A stretch of DNA of 64,000 nucleotides from a virus (taxonomy: Duplodnaviria; Caudoviricetes): positions 32,001 through 96,000 of the IMG/VR virus record IMGVR_UViG_3300032227_000318, one strand, 5' to 3'. The notes under the pieces are model-generated. The model was not told the origin of the DNA and did no database searches. It was given only the letters and a program-made list of their open reading frames with translations. Below, piece by piece: positions 20,523-30,468 of the stretch. The position numbers and the translations under genes are program-made. The stretch's first letter is position 1; each line of letters begins with the position of its first letter.

Positions 20523-20930
20523 TTATTCTTTTATGTGCGAACGGTGAACTTTCACCATTATCCAGTCATTGTAGAACCCATCAGATTCCAAAACGTTCTC
20601 GTTCATCTGATGCCAAGCTTCCCAGTAGTTCGCTGTACCTTTAGACTTGCAGAGTTTCAATATTTCTCTCTTGAATCTATCTCGTCCCAGTTTCTCAACG
20701 TCTCCAAGAAGTGTGAGGTTCGAACCAAAGTATTCGCGCCAGTCACTTTCACTTTTGACTTTTTTCTTTCGCGTTTGGCCTTTAACTTTTTTGCTTCGGA
20801 CTTTCGTGAAGTTTTTTTTACCAATATATTGTTTTCCATTTTCTAGATTGGTGATGCGATACACAAAAGACACATAGCCCTCAATATCGTCATCACCAAT
20901 TTCTTTGTCGTTATATAGCCACATGAACAT
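20523..20930 (-). CDS. GIY-YIG family endonuclease
   Basis: FVYRITN..GKQYIGKK, ESDWREYFGS, FKREIL. Confidence 0.8.
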   Translation of the reverse strand: MFMWLYNDKEIGDDDIEGYVSFVYRITNLENGKQYIGKKNFTKVRSKKVKGQTRKKKVKSESDWREYFGSNLTLLGDVEKLGRDRFKREILKLCKSKGTANYWEAWHQMNENVLESDGFYNDWIMVKVHRSHIKE

Positions 20931-20990
20931 ACCCTTTTAGAGTATGTATGTTACTTTCCGCGATTAGGATATCATTGTCCTGCTACATAG

Positions 20991-21152
20991 TCATTCATTT
21001 TCTTCTTCCACTTCTACTTCATCTTCATCAAAACATTCCTCACCGCAGAAGGAGCAAAAACGAACTTTACCTTGAGTCGCCTCATAATCATACAAAACTT
21101 TATATTGTGATTCACAATAGTTACAAATTACTTTTTCTACTTCTTTGGTCAT
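20991..21152 (-). CDS. Small zinc-ribbon protein (53 aa, not in ORF track)
   Basis: CNYC...CSFCG, acidic tail, AAGGA RBS. Confidence 0.65.
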   Translation of the reverse strand: MTKEVEKVICNYCESQYKVLYDYEATQGKVRFCSFCGEECFDEDEVEVEEENE

Positions 21153-21165
21153 ATTTTATCCTTTA

Positions 21166-21197
21166 GAAAAACTGACAGGGCATTACCCCTGTCAGTA
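21166..21197 (-). terminator. Intrinsic terminator after nrdJ
   Basis: ACTGACAGGG/CCCTGTCAGT stem followed by T run. Confidence 0.75.
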
Positions 21198-21207
21198 TAT
21201 AGCGCAA

Positions 21208-23130
21208 TCATATCTCGCATCCTCCAACGACACACGCGAGTTCTTGAGAACCAGTGGTGTTATCACGCTTCTCATACTTAGCTAACATTGTCCAGTCAAT
21301 GTTCTTCGGCATCTTAGCTGCAAGTGCTTCATATTCTTCCTTCGTGCAGTCTTGATAAGGAGCCTGCTGATAAACGTGATCGGAAAACGGCAAGAATGAA
21401 ACGCCAGACATTTCATCAAAGTGATTGTAGACCCATGCACCAACTTCTGGCCACTCATCTTCCTTCACTGAGATAGTAACAGAAGGCTTATGCTCACAGA
21501 AATGACGCTGATACATCAACCACAATTCAAGCTGTTCAATAGCGGTCATATCAGTGCGGAACACAGCATTGTCAGGAGACTTCTGCGGGAATGAGAACAC
21601 ATAGGTATGCTCTGGCTTCATCACATCGTCTTCACATGGGAAACCCATCTCCTTCATCATTACTGCAAGGGGGTCTTTCTTGTCAGCACGAACAGTTCTA
21701 ATATAATAAGGGCTATGGCGGGCATGAATGCCAGAAGCAGAGTCGACCAACTGAGAGACGGTCCCAGAAGGCTTGACACAAGTAATAGCAGCAGAAACAG
21801 GAATACCAAGTTTTGCAGCCCAAGTCTTATTAGTTCTAACGGCTTCATTGCGAAGTTCCTCCAATAGATCAGGTAATTCAATCTCAATAGTCTTACCATT
21901 AGTATATTCATTGTCCATAATACCAGTCAGAGATACACCAAGCAAACGCTCTTCGGCACAGTTTTCTTTCCACTTCTTACTCAGGTATTTGAAGTTGGTA
22001 AGTGTGGATTGGAATGTACCAAGTATAGTTGCGAGTTTGACCTTGCGCTTGAGTGATTCCGGTGTATCATCTCCTCTGACGACCACCTCTGTAAGATTAC
22101 AGAACTCGCGTGAACGGAGAATGATTTCAGAACATGGGTTGGTGCCGAAATCGTGTTCAGGATCACGGCGTCCGAACTTCTCAGCCTGCTTCTTAGACGC
22201 AGTTCTACTAAAAATGCCGCGTTCGCCAGAGCGTGACTCATAGAGGGAAAGCCACTCACGCATGAAAAGGCCCACATCAGGCTTCTCTTTAGCAACGAAA
22301 GAGTTGTTAGCAAGAGCGCGTTGGACATTTTCTTTCCACCAGTCACCAGACTTTGCAACGCGCATTCTATCATCACTAAGGTCAGAAAGAGAAATAAGCG
22401 CGGATCTACGAACGCCGCCGACAACCACAATCTCAGCGATCTTACAAACGATGTCATGTGCCTCCAATGTAGTTAAACGACGACCAGCAGCCTTCTTGAA
22501 TGTTGCAACCACGAACTTGAATAGATCAGTTAGAGGTTGCGGCCCAGAAGCACGGCCACCAAATGTCTTGAGTGGTGCGCCAGCAGGACGAACCTTTGAA
22601 ACGTCCCACTTAGGAATTTGACCAGCATACAGAAGATGCACTAGTTCTTTAAAGGCCTTTGCCCAACCAAGCTTTGAGTCTGCAACCTGAATAGTTGTTT
22701 CTGTTGTGAACATTTCATCAGGAACAATAGGCAATTGCTCTACATATTTTGATTCAACAGAGAAACCAACACCAGTACCATTCATAAGAATGTAAAGAAT
22801 TTCATCAAATGAACGTGGGCTGTCAACAGCAACATACGAACAGTTATAGCCAGCAACGTTCTCACGCTTGAGTGCTTCACCAGCAGTCATCAAGCAACGC
22901 ATTGACGGCATGATTTCAAGATTAAGAACAGCATCTTCTAGCTGCTTACGCTCTTCAGTGGTGATAGTATATCCAGTAATTTCTTTGACATGCTCATCAA
23001 AGAAATTGAAATAACGGGCGACTGTTTCGTCCCAGTTCTCTCTACGATTTTCATCCCACAGCCAACGGGCATAACGAGACTTATGAATGAACTCTTGATA
23101 CAGAGACGGTAACATATTACTGCCTGACAT
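21208..23130 (-). CDS. nrdJ: Class II (B12-dependent) ribonucleotide reductase
   Basis: YNCS, GTGVGFS, GGRASGP, TNPCSEI, TCVKPSGTVSQL, C-terminal C....C. Confidence 0.92.
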   Translation of the reverse strand: MSGSNMLPSLYQEFIHKSRYARWLWDENRRENWDETVARYFNFFDEHVKEITGYTITTEERKQLEDAVLNLEIMPSMRCLMTAGEALKRENVAGYNCSYVAVDSPRSFDEILYILMNGTGVGFSVESKYVEQLPIVPDEMFTTETTIQVADSKLGWAKAFKELVHLLYAGQIPKWDVSKVRPAGAPLKTFGGRASGPQPLTDLFKFVVATFKKAAGRRLTTLEAHDIVCKIAEIVVVGGVRRSALISLSDLSDDRMRVAKSGDWWKENVQRALANNSFVAKEKPDVGLFMREWLSLYESRSGERGIFSRTASKKQAEKFGRRDPEHDFGTNPCSEIILRSREFCNLTEVVVRGDDTPESLKRKVKLATILGTFQSTLTNFKYLSKKWKENCAEERLLGVSLTGIMDNEYTNGKTIEIELPDLLEELRNEAVRTNKTWAAKLGIPVSAAITCVKPSGTVSQLVDSASGIHARHSPYYIRTVRADKKDPLAVMMKEMGFPCEDDVMKPEHTYVFSFPQKSPDNAVFRTDMTAIEQLELWLMYQRHFCEHKPSVTISVKEDEWPEVGAWVYNHFDEMSGVSFLPFSDHVYQQAPYQDCTKEEYEALAAKMPKNIDWTMLAKYEKRDNTTGSQELACVVGGCEI

Positions 23131-23151
23131 ACGAATACTCCTAAATTGTTT

Positions 23152-23727
23152 TTATTGATTGTGATTGTAGATTTTCTTCACATGCTCTATGAACACGGAT
23201 TCTTCTGTGCTGCTTTTCATATTGTTACATAGCCAACAACAGGAAACACAGTTATCTCTTGTGTAGCCTTTTGACGAATCAACTCTATCAATACCTGTGT
23301 ATCTAAAATCACCGCTAGTCTTACCTTGACCCTTTTTAGTCTGTGTAAGGCTATCTCCACAGTATTGACAGTTTCCGGTTACCAGTTGTGTGAACTCTTC
23401 GGTTGTGAGTTGATAGTCCAAGTTTCTTCTCTTTGCACTTGTTTTGTAAGTGTGTTCTAGATTGTTTCTGGCCGCTTTGCCGCTTGCGAGTTGCCAAGGT
23501 TTAGTCTTAGGACCTGATGACTTCCAAGTTTCAGGTTTTCTCTGTTGACAACCACAACTATTCATCTTCCTTATGAGATTGCCGTTCATCATTACAGTTT
23601 CATTGTTGCAGTAGTGGCAGAGGCATCTAAGACTTACATGTTGACCCGGTTTGTTGTTTGAAATGATTTCCAGAACCTCAAGTTTGCCATGGAAGTCACC
23701 AACGTTATGTGAACTCTTTCTACCCAT
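23152..23727 (-). CDS. HNH homing endonuclease (likely start 23727)
   Basis: CQYCG, GIDRVDSSKGY..NCVSCC..CN.MK; late promoter 23759-23766. Confidence 0.85.
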   Translation of the reverse strand: MGRKSSHNVGDFHGKLEVLEIISNNKPGQHVSLRCLCHYCNNETVMMNGNLIRKMNSCGCQQRKPETWKSSGPKTKPWQLASGKAARNNLEHTYKTSAKRRNLDYQLTTEEFTQLVTGNCQYCGDSLTQTKKGQGKTSGDFRYTGIDRVDSSKGYTRDNCVSCCWLCNNMKSSTEESVFIEHVKKIYNHNQ

Positions 23728-23761
23728 TCTAGAACTCCTTATAGTGTATCCTAGAATGTAT

Positions 23762-24448
23762 TTATATAATCCACTCTTCTGAGGTACCACCTAAGGCCGC
23801 TGCAACAGAGGGAAACTGCTCACAAATGATTTTCTTACATTCAATAGCGATAAGTTTGTGTTCCTTCTGGGTACCATTTTTCTCACGGAGAGCAATGTAG
23901 GTAATCCAGCTGCGGAGACTTCCTGACATATACATGCGTGACATAGTAAGTCCTTCAGGAAGAACAGAACGAGCAACTTCCTTGGCGATGCCATTTGCAA
24001 TAGCCCATTCATAGTTTTCTTGTGCATGTTCGATCAGTGCTTTTTGCATATCATGCCATGTGTCAGTTATACCCGTTTCATCATTGAAAATCTCAATGCT
24101 GTTCTGACGATTCTTATCGTCTTGCCAACGTGCTTCGCGCGGCACAGACATCTCCTGTACAGCAGCATATCTTTGACTAAACTCTTGAAACGAGAACGAG
24201 CGATGGCGCAGGATCTGCCTTGCAATATCTCGGGTCGTTTCAATCTCCATAACGACATGCACCATCTCAAACGGCGACCAGTGCTTGTTCTTCACAAGAT
24301 ACTTGAGAAGACGTTCGCTGTCTGGATTGTCCTGATTAGCAGGGTTTGACACTCGCGCACAGTATGCGATCAACTGCTCTGCACTGCACGGAGTAAACGC
24401 TTCAATACTTATCGGCTGTGTAATCCCAACTAACTTCACATTGCTCAT
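23762..24448 (-). CDS. thyX: Flavin-dependent thymidylate synthase
   Basis: ARVSNP, HWSPFE, QILRHRSFSFQEFSQRY, KEVAR. Confidence 0.95.
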   Translation of the reverse strand: MSNVKLVGITQPISIEAFTPCSAEQLIAYCARVSNPANQDNPDSERLLKYLVKNKHWSPFEMVHVVMEIETTRDIARQILRHRSFSFQEFSQRYAAVQEMSVPREARWQDDKNRQNSIEIFNDETGITDTWHDMQKALIEHAQENYEWAIANGIAKEVARSVLPEGLTMSRMYMSGSLRSWITYIALREKNGTQKEHKLIAIECKKIICEQFPSVAAALGGTSEEWII

Positions 24449-24449
24449 A

Positions 24450-24716
24450 TTATACTTCCTGATATGTCTTGATAAAGATTTCATTCTTGCAAGGATAGAA
24501 CTCACCGTTCACACCCTTGATGATCCAGTCGTTCTGCCCACCTTCCATGCGGCCTTCTAGTGTATCTATCCAAAGTGTAGGTGGGCTAGTGCTGAAACCA
24601 ACAGTCGGACTGTTAATCCATTCTTCTATATCTAACACGGACTTTGCATCTGTCAATTGCATCGCCTCAATCGTTACTGGCCTCTTTCTAAACTTTCTCA
24701 CTAAATTTTCTTCCAT
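24450..24716 (-). CDS. Conserved phage protein
   Basis: FRKRPVTIEAMQ, IDTLEG.M, DWIIKGVNGEFYPCK. Confidence 0.75.
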   Translation of the reverse strand: MEENLVRKFRKRPVTIEAMQLTDAKSVLDIEEWINSPTVGFSTSPPTLWIDTLEGRMEGGQNDWIIKGVNGEFYPCKNEIFIKTYQEV

Positions 24717-25705
24717 CTCTCAAACTCCAGCTTGGCTCTCAAATCATTGAACGTGTTATTATCTATAATACTGCGAATCTCAGCAGGAGTCGTTCCTGTC
24801 ATAATAATGTCGTTTATATCTTTTCCTGAAAGATTATTTGGCAATAAACAAACATTATATTTCATATCAATCATCTTTGCAACGTTTTTCATTACTTCTT
24901 TATTTCTTATGTCTCTATCAGGAATAAGTATGTAGTCGTGATTACCTAAGATACTACAAACTTTATGTAAAGATGCATCCATAAGTGCTACTGCGTTATC
25001 AAGAAACATAGAGTCTATGATTCCTTCTACCACATATACTCTTTTACTGAAATCTACTCGATCAAGCCCGAAAACTTTTCGGTTATCATCATCAAGCTTG
25101 ATTGTTATGTATTTGACTTTGGATTCACCTAATGCACGGCCTTGAAAGCCGAGCATGTTCTTTGCTTCATCATAGAATGGAAACACAATGCGTGGTTCAT
25201 CATACAATGTCTTCTCATAGTCAGGAAGAAGTTCTAGAACGAATGACTTGAAGCTTGCAGCATAGTATATATCATCAAGCCTATCGCGCGAAATCTTGCG
25301 CTTCAGTAGATACTGCTTTGCTACGTGATCTTCTGGTAACGAATTGATTGTAGGTAGTTCAATACGCTTCTTGAACACAGGCTTTGTCTTGGCCATTGTA
25401 AAATCAGGCTTTGCAACATTACCAGTAGACTCATTCTTGTATCGTTCAAGCTGATACTCACGATACAGTGAAGGATCAATTGTCTTGAGGAAGTTACCGA
25501 CAGACAGACTTGTTCCACAGTTGTGACAGGTAAAGAACAAGTCTGACTTGCGACGATAGAAATAGCCGCGAGTCTTAGCCTTGTTTTTATGGGAATCTCC
25601 GCAGATTGGGCATCTGAAAGTCCAAAGGTATTCAGACTTCTGCTTAAAACGTTCCAACTTTGTGGAAACTAAGGAAACGAACTTCTTATCAATGTATAAG
25701 GACAT
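24701..25705 (-). CDS. 61: DNA primase, T4 gp61-like
   Basis: FRCPICGDS..CHNCG zinc finger, QGRAL, VEGIIDSMF, KDIND. Confidence 0.95.
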   Translation of the reverse strand: MSLYIDKKFVSLVSTKLERFKQKSEYLWTFRCPICGDSHKNKAKTRGYFYRRKSDLFFTCHNCGTSLSVGNFLKTIDPSLYREYQLERYKNESTGNVAKPDFTMAKTKPVFKKRIELPTINSLPEDHVAKQYLLKRKISRDRLDDIYYAASFKSFVLELLPDYEKTLYDEPRIVFPFYDEAKNMLGFQGRALGESKVKYITIKLDDDNRKVFGLDRVDFSKRVYVVEGIIDSMFLDNAVALMDASLHKVCSILGNHDYILIPDRDIRNKEVMKNVAKMIDMKYNVCLLPNNLSGKDINDIIMTGTTPAEIRSIIDNNTFNDLRAKLEFERWKKI

Positions 25706-25756
25706 AATGCCACCTAGTGTTACGTAAGTGGCATTATAACAGATGGTGCTAGAAAG

Positions 25757-26068
25757 TCAAAGGTTACTTACTGCCTTGAGTGGCTTAGGTTTCTTGGCTT
25801 CATTAACAAATGAATTCGCGCCACCATCTACACCTAATCTGCTTTTATCAATAGCATCGAGTCCGCCAGGGCTTTTCATTTTTGCTTTTACTCTATCAGC
25901 AACTTCTTTACCACTTTGAGCGCCATAGATGTTAGTAGATGTTGGTTGTGGTCGTGGTGCCGGTCTTGCAGAACCCATACCTGTTGCTGTTGGTCGCACA
26001 GGCGTTCCTATAGCAGACATTTCACGAAGCTGTTCTAGATTGGCATAAAAATTTTCTTTGATATCCAT
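25757..26068 (-). CDS. Hypothetical (possible internal virion protein)
   Basis: LEQLREM and FVNEA processing-like motifs. Confidence 0.5.
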   Translation of the reverse strand: MDIKENFYANLEQLREMSAIGTPVRPTATGMGSARPAPRPQPTSTNIYGAQSGKEVADRVKAKMKSPGGLDAIDKSRLGVDGGANSFVNEAKKPKPLKAVSNL

Positions 26069-26080
26069 GTTAGTTTGTCC

Positions 26081-26563
26081 TTAATTAAATATCTTGGTAA
26101 TGTTGATTGCGTTGTTGGCGATCAAGAAAAGAAGGAATGAAATAATAGCAGCTATGCCATATTTCCACATTTCAATTTGACCTAGACGATTTCCTAAACC
26201 CTTTTCACTTCCTTTTATCTCTTCACGCATCTTGTGAAGTTCGGTCAAGATTGTTTTTTCTGTGTCTTCAATTTTATCCGTAAGTTCTTTGTTTACGGTA
26301 TTAATACGATTATACACATCTTTTATGTTACTATTATGTTCTTGTCTACGCATTTCCATTATGCCTTGCACTTCTGAGGTTATTTTTTCATGATTTTCAA
26401 TCCTCTGTTCTTGTAAGGCAATCATCTTGGTCAGATTGGTCGCAATTTCTTGGATCTTATCCATAGTTGTGTCAAACTTTTCAAGCAAAGCTGACATCAT
26501 AGTTACATCTTTTTTCAAAAGCTCAATATCAACTTTAATTTCTTGTTCAGACACGGTCGTCAC
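26081..26563 (-). CDS. Coiled-coil protein with C-terminal TM helix
   Basis: Heptad pattern; WKYGIAAIISFLLFL. Confidence 0.65.
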   Translation of the reverse strand: MTTVSEQEIKVDIELLKKDVTMMSALLEKFDTTMDKIQEIATNLTKMIALQEQRIENHEKITSEVQGIMEMRRQEHNSNIKDVYNRINTVNKELTDKIEDTEKTILTELHKMREEIKGSEKGLGNRLGQIEMWKYGIAAIISFLLFLIANNAINITKIFN

Positions 26564-26578
26564 CTCTTGTTGTTTCGT

Positions 26579-27079
26579 TTATTTATTCTTCTTAGTTACT
26601 GTGATCTGTGCCTGAGGCAATGCATTTCTATCTTGCTTTTCAATTGTACGAGAACCAAACCAAAATGCAATGATAGTTGAGAAGAGTGCCATTGTCTCAA
26701 CGTCCCATACAGCATCAAGCATCGCAGGAACAGATTGACCTGTTGAGAGCATTACATACGCTGCGGAAACTTTTACTGCAAGAAATGTAATGAAGAATAC
26801 GTATGTGACTACTGGGCGAACAGAAGCGCGTAGTGCGTTAATAAAGATTCCGCCATCAAGAGACTTATCATGATCAAGAGCAGATTGTCGTGACTGAGCG
26901 TCACCCTTAACCATTTCAATGTTGTAAGTGAGATCGGCTTGTCGTTCGGCCGCATCAATCTTGATTTTTGAAAGTTCAAGTTCATACTTAATCTCCTGCT
27001 TACGCTCAAATATTCTCACAATAGAAGGTAACAAACTACCTACGATACCTAGAAATGGTGATAATAGTGCTGTTAACAT
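26579..27079 (-). CDS. Putative holin (3TM family)
   Basis: LRASVRPVVTY, IIAFWFGSR. Confidence 0.7.
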   Translation of the reverse strand: MLTALLSPFLGIVGSLLPSIVRIFERKQEIKYELELSKIKIDAAERQADLTYNIEMVKGDAQSRQSALDHDKSLDGGIFINALRASVRPVVTYVFFITFLAVKVSAAYVMLSTGQSVPAMLDAVWDVETMALFSTIIAFWFGSRTIEKQDRNALPQAQITVTKKNK

Positions 27080-27081
27080 GA

Positions 27082-27549
27082 TTAGTCCCCTTTCTTGTCT
27101 CTATTTATCGGAATGTAGTGTCTGTTAGAATATGCATTGATATCATCAGAATACCCACCTGCCTGTTTTGCTAAACGAGTATACAATCTGTTTCTTCCAC
27201 CTTCACCTGGTTTATCTGTATCTTTCTCACCAGTAAAAGTATAAGTTTTCAAGTCAGGATGTTTTTCAGCATGATCCTGCATAATCTTCTTGACGGTAGA
27301 GATATGTCTGATGCTTCCTCTGCCGGTGGCTTCAATATTGCCTTGTTCATCAGTGAAATCTACAGAAGCTTTACCTTTGCCAACTTTGCCTGCATGATGT
27401 GAAATGTAGACATGAGTAGGTATACCTTTATGATCTTTGAAACCATAATGATGTTCCATTTCTCCTGAACTGTTTTCAAGAGAACCTAAATGATCATATT
27501 CAAAAGGTTTATCAAGTGCTTCTTTAAGATACTGTTTGAACGTCTTCAT
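27082..27549 (-). CDS. Putative internal virion protein
   Basis: MKTFKQYLKEA N-terminus. Confidence 0.6.
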   Translation of the reverse strand: MKTFKQYLKEALDKPFEYDHLGSLENSSGEMEHHYGFKDHKGIPTHVYISHHAGKVGKGKASVDFTDEQGNIEATGRGSIRHISTVKKIMQDHAEKHPDLKTYTFTGEKDTDKPGEGGRNRLYTRLAKQAGGYSDDINAYSNRHYIPINRDKKGD

Positions 27550-28208
27550 TTTTTTGTTTTTCTTAAATATGTTTCGCCGTTCCATGTAAACTTAGAACCT
27601 TCAGGAGCAGCAGCAAAGGCCTGCTTGAATGTTTGTTTTTTTGGAGCAAGATTAGCTGGTCTTGCTTTTGGAATTGGCGGTTTTGCATTTACTTTAGATG
27701 TTGACTTTTGATTCTCTGCTGATGCTAATTGAGGTTTAGGAATAAATTTAGCTGTAGGTTTTTTTATTCCTGTATCATTAATAGAAGCTTTAGATTTCTG
27801 ATTGTTTGTTTTTTCAATGTTTGCATCTATGTTACGATTAATTTTAAGCAATCTCATCTTTGTATCTTGACCGAACTCTTTAGTTGGTGCAACATCTGGA
27901 AATGCTCTTGTTGCCTTTTGCATTTTTTTGCCTGTTTCATCATAACCTTTTGCTGCCAACGCCCTCTTCACAGCATCATCTTTACCTATCATAGGTTTAT
28001 CAGTAGTAACTTTGTATGATTTAACTTCAGGATCAGCGAATGGAGAATTTGCTCCAGTAGTATCTACTGGTCGATTAGGATTTTCTTCAGGAGGAATAAT
28101 TCCTTTACTTAAAAGCTTCATCTTGGTATCATCACCGAATTGTTTTTTTGGCGGCATATCAGGATAAATTCTTGCATTTTCTATCATAAACTCTAAGAAT
28201 GTTTTCAT
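27546..28208 (-). CDS. Putative internal virion protein
   Basis: MKTFLEFMIEN N-terminus; internal repeat PD..P.K.FG.DTKM.LL. Confidence 0.6.
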   Translation of the reverse strand: MKTFLEFMIENARIYPDMPPKKQFGDDTKMKLLSKGIIPPEENPNRPVDTTGANSPFADPEVKSYKVTTDKPMIGKDDAVKRALAAKGYDETGKKMQKATRAFPDVAPTKEFGQDTKMRLLKINRNIDANIEKTNNQKSKASINDTGIKKPTAKFIPKPQLASAENQKSTSKVNAKPPIPKARPANLAPKKQTFKQAFAAAPEGSKFTWNGETYLRKTKK

Positions 28209-28495
28209 TATTTTTTACCTACGGGAGTTTGAGTTGTTGATGTTTTTTCTATTTCTTCACCATTCATTATTCTTGTAATCTTCTCTTGCCCGCGCGTCCA
28301 TGCTGCAACACCAATGATAGCTGCCATAGCAAGATGATAGAAGCCGCCTTCTTTCAGCGTGATAGGATTCCATTGCTGTTGTGAAAAATACATGTATGCT
28401 GCTGGGAAAATGATGAAGTCAAAAATACATACTGCAAAATACTGCCATGCAATTGCAGGTCTCCAGTATTGTTTGATCCAAGATTCTTCGTTCAT
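28208..28495 (-). CDS. Putative holin
   Basis: WRPAIAWQY..C.FDFIIFP, FYHLAMAAIIGVAAWTRGQEK; next to endolysin. Confidence 0.7.
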   Translation of the reverse strand: MNEESWIKQYWRPAIAWQYFAVCIFDFIIFPAAYMYFSQQQWNPITLKEGGFYHLAMAAIIGVAAWTRGQEKITRIMNGEEIEKTSTTQTPVGKK

Positions 28496-28496
28496 A

Positions 28497-29279
28497 TTAC
28501 ACCATCAGCTTGTTTAGAGTGTCTGTATCAATCGTACCTGTTACAGTCAGGCCATTATTCTTCTGAAAGTCTTTTACAGCCTGTTCGGATTTTGGACCAA
28601 AATCTCCATCAGCAGTAATATTAGCACCTTTCCTAATCAACATGTTTTGTAGATCGGCGATGTAAGGTGATTTATCACCCTTCTTTGCAACTACGATAGG
28701 CGGTATAATCGGGTTTACAGAAGGTTTAGAAGGAGCTTCAAATGTAATATTTTTAGGAATAGCTAATCTACATTTTGCAAGATATCTTCTACGATCATCA
28801 AAACCGTTTGTACCACCATTAATCTTTCTTGTTACGCCCATTATATCATCAGCATCAGCTAAAGCGTTTAGATTGCGTGAACGCCAATACTCAAGTGCTG
28901 TTAGAACAGAAATTTTAGGCGTTTCGGCTAGCTCTGGATTATTTTCTAGATCCGCACCTATTAGATTACCGATCTGGCGATAATTTGCACGGCCTGTCAA
29001 CTGAAAGATGCCACGACCCTTATATCGTACACCGTCACCCTTTTGTGTATTACCTAAGTCTTTACGACCCTCATATGCTGAACCTGAAGCATATTCTTCA
29101 AGTGTTCTGAAAGAGGCGGATTCATGTGCAGCTTGGGCTAAGAAATGGCATACACGAAGCCATGTATTGACTTGATACTTTGGATCAGGCATATATTCAT
29201 TTAAGTAACCAACTAAAGGAGATATAATTTCTTCTTTTGAATTTGGCGCAATCTCTCTAATCATTTCTTTGGTAATCAT
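28497..29279 (-). CDS. GH19 endolysin with C-terminal peptidoglycan-binding domain
   Basis: FLAQAAHES, YKGRGIFQLTGRANY, INGGTNG; DGDFGP..AVKDFQ. Confidence 0.9.
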   Translation of the reverse strand: MITKEMIREIAPNSKEEIISPLVGYLNEYMPDPKYQVNTWLRVCHFLAQAAHESASFRTLEEYASGSAYEGRKDLGNTQKGDGVRYKGRGIFQLTGRANYRQIGNLIGADLENNPELAETPKISVLTALEYWRSRNLNALADADDIMGVTRKINGGTNGFDDRRRYLAKCRLAIPKNITFEAPSKPSVNPIIPPIVVAKKGDKSPYIADLQNMLIRKGANITADGDFGPKSEQAVKDFQKNNGLTVTGTIDTDTLNKLMV

Positions 29280-29293
29280 GTTATTTCTTTCTT

Positions 29294-30016
29294 TTATCTG
29301 CTTTTGCCGTATCGCACGTACATACACGCGCCTGTGCGCTCGTCTTCTATGATAATAGGATCTTTACACTTCTTTGCATACTCTCTTAGGTCATGATACG
29401 CACTATCTTCATCAAGATATTTACGCCAATGCTTTCTACTCTTCTTTGCTTCTCTTAATGCATTGAATGTGGCCGATGAAACAATGAATGTTGGTTTTCC
29501 TGCAAATTTACCTCTACGCGCCATCGGCATCATTTGTGCTGATCTGCCAGGTTCTCCGTTTGGCCCTACGCCAAGAGCAGCTATATTGCCTCCGCCTGCG
29601 GCATTCGCAGGAGCTTCTTCTTCCATTCCTACTGCTTTTCTGGCTAGTCCTAGATAGTATGGAACTTTAGATGCTTTTTCGCCAGCAGATAATGCTGCAC
29701 CTACAGCAGGTATACTAGACGCAGCACCATACGCGAGTACAGGACCAACCAACTCACCAGCAGCAGCAGCCTGCTGGTGTTCTTTCTCGTCATGGTCAAG
29801 CTTTTCTTTTTCTTGGTCAAGTTCTCTTTTGTATGTTGTGCCTTTGCCATATCCTAATGCACTTGCTGTATTCTTTGCTGCATAATCTATACCCGCTCTT
29901 GCGTACTTGTATCCGCCAAGTGTGGCAGTGTCAGCGGCTTTTCTACCAAATGCTGATATACTGTCTAACCAACCTTCGCCTTCCTGCATTTTTTTTCTTA
30001 CAATAATTTTCTTCAT
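29294..30016 (-). CDS. Hypothetical virion-associated protein
   Basis: MEEEAPANAAGGG module; in late operon. Confidence 0.55.
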   Translation of the reverse strand: MKKIIVRKKMQEGEGWLDSISAFGRKAADTATLGGYKYARAGIDYAAKNTASALGYGKGTTYKRELDQEKEKLDHDEKEHQQAAAAGELVGPVLAYGAASSIPAVGAALSAGEKASKVPYYLGLARKAVGMEEEAPANAAGGGNIAALGVGPNGEPGRSAQMMPMARRGKFAGKPTFIVSSATFNALREAKKSRKHWRKYLDEDSAYHDLREYAKKCKDPIIIEDERTGACMYVRYGKSR

Positions 30017-30081
30017 CTTTTCTCTTGACTTTCTATTGACACGGGTGTATAAAGGCTATGCCCTGTAGCAAATGAATACCT

Positions 30082-30468
30082 TTAAAGGTCCTTAAGTTTC
30101 TTACCAATGATAACATCAATACCGATATCTGAAGAGTTTATGTATTTTCCTCTAATACCATTGATATACTTAGGCATGAAGTTTAGAAACAGAAGAAACG
30201 TCTTCAATATCATATAATCACCAACATCCAGTTTATAGAATAGCATTCTAACCGCAGGTTCTACTCCAAAAACATTGGAGAGAATGATAATATGGTTTAG
30301 TATCAATCTCTCCTTTAGTTCTCCGGTATCTTTATATCGATTAATCAATCTTTTGACATATTTAATTCTCTTCAAGTCTTCTTCAAATTCGGATACGATA
30401 GCATTAGGTTTATCGTAGGCCTTCATTGCATAAAGCATAAAGTTATCATCATTTAAATTGTTGACCAT
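30082..30468 (-). CDS. Conserved T4-like phage protein
   Basis: EFEEDLKRIKYVKRL, LKERLILNHII. Confidence 0.75.
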   Translation of the reverse strand: MVNNLNDDNFMLYAMKAYDKPNAIVSEFEEDLKRIKYVKRLINRYKDTGELKERLILNHIIILSNVFGVEPAVRMLFYKLDVGDYMILKTFLLFLNFMPKYINGIRGKYINSSDIGIDVIIGKKLKDL

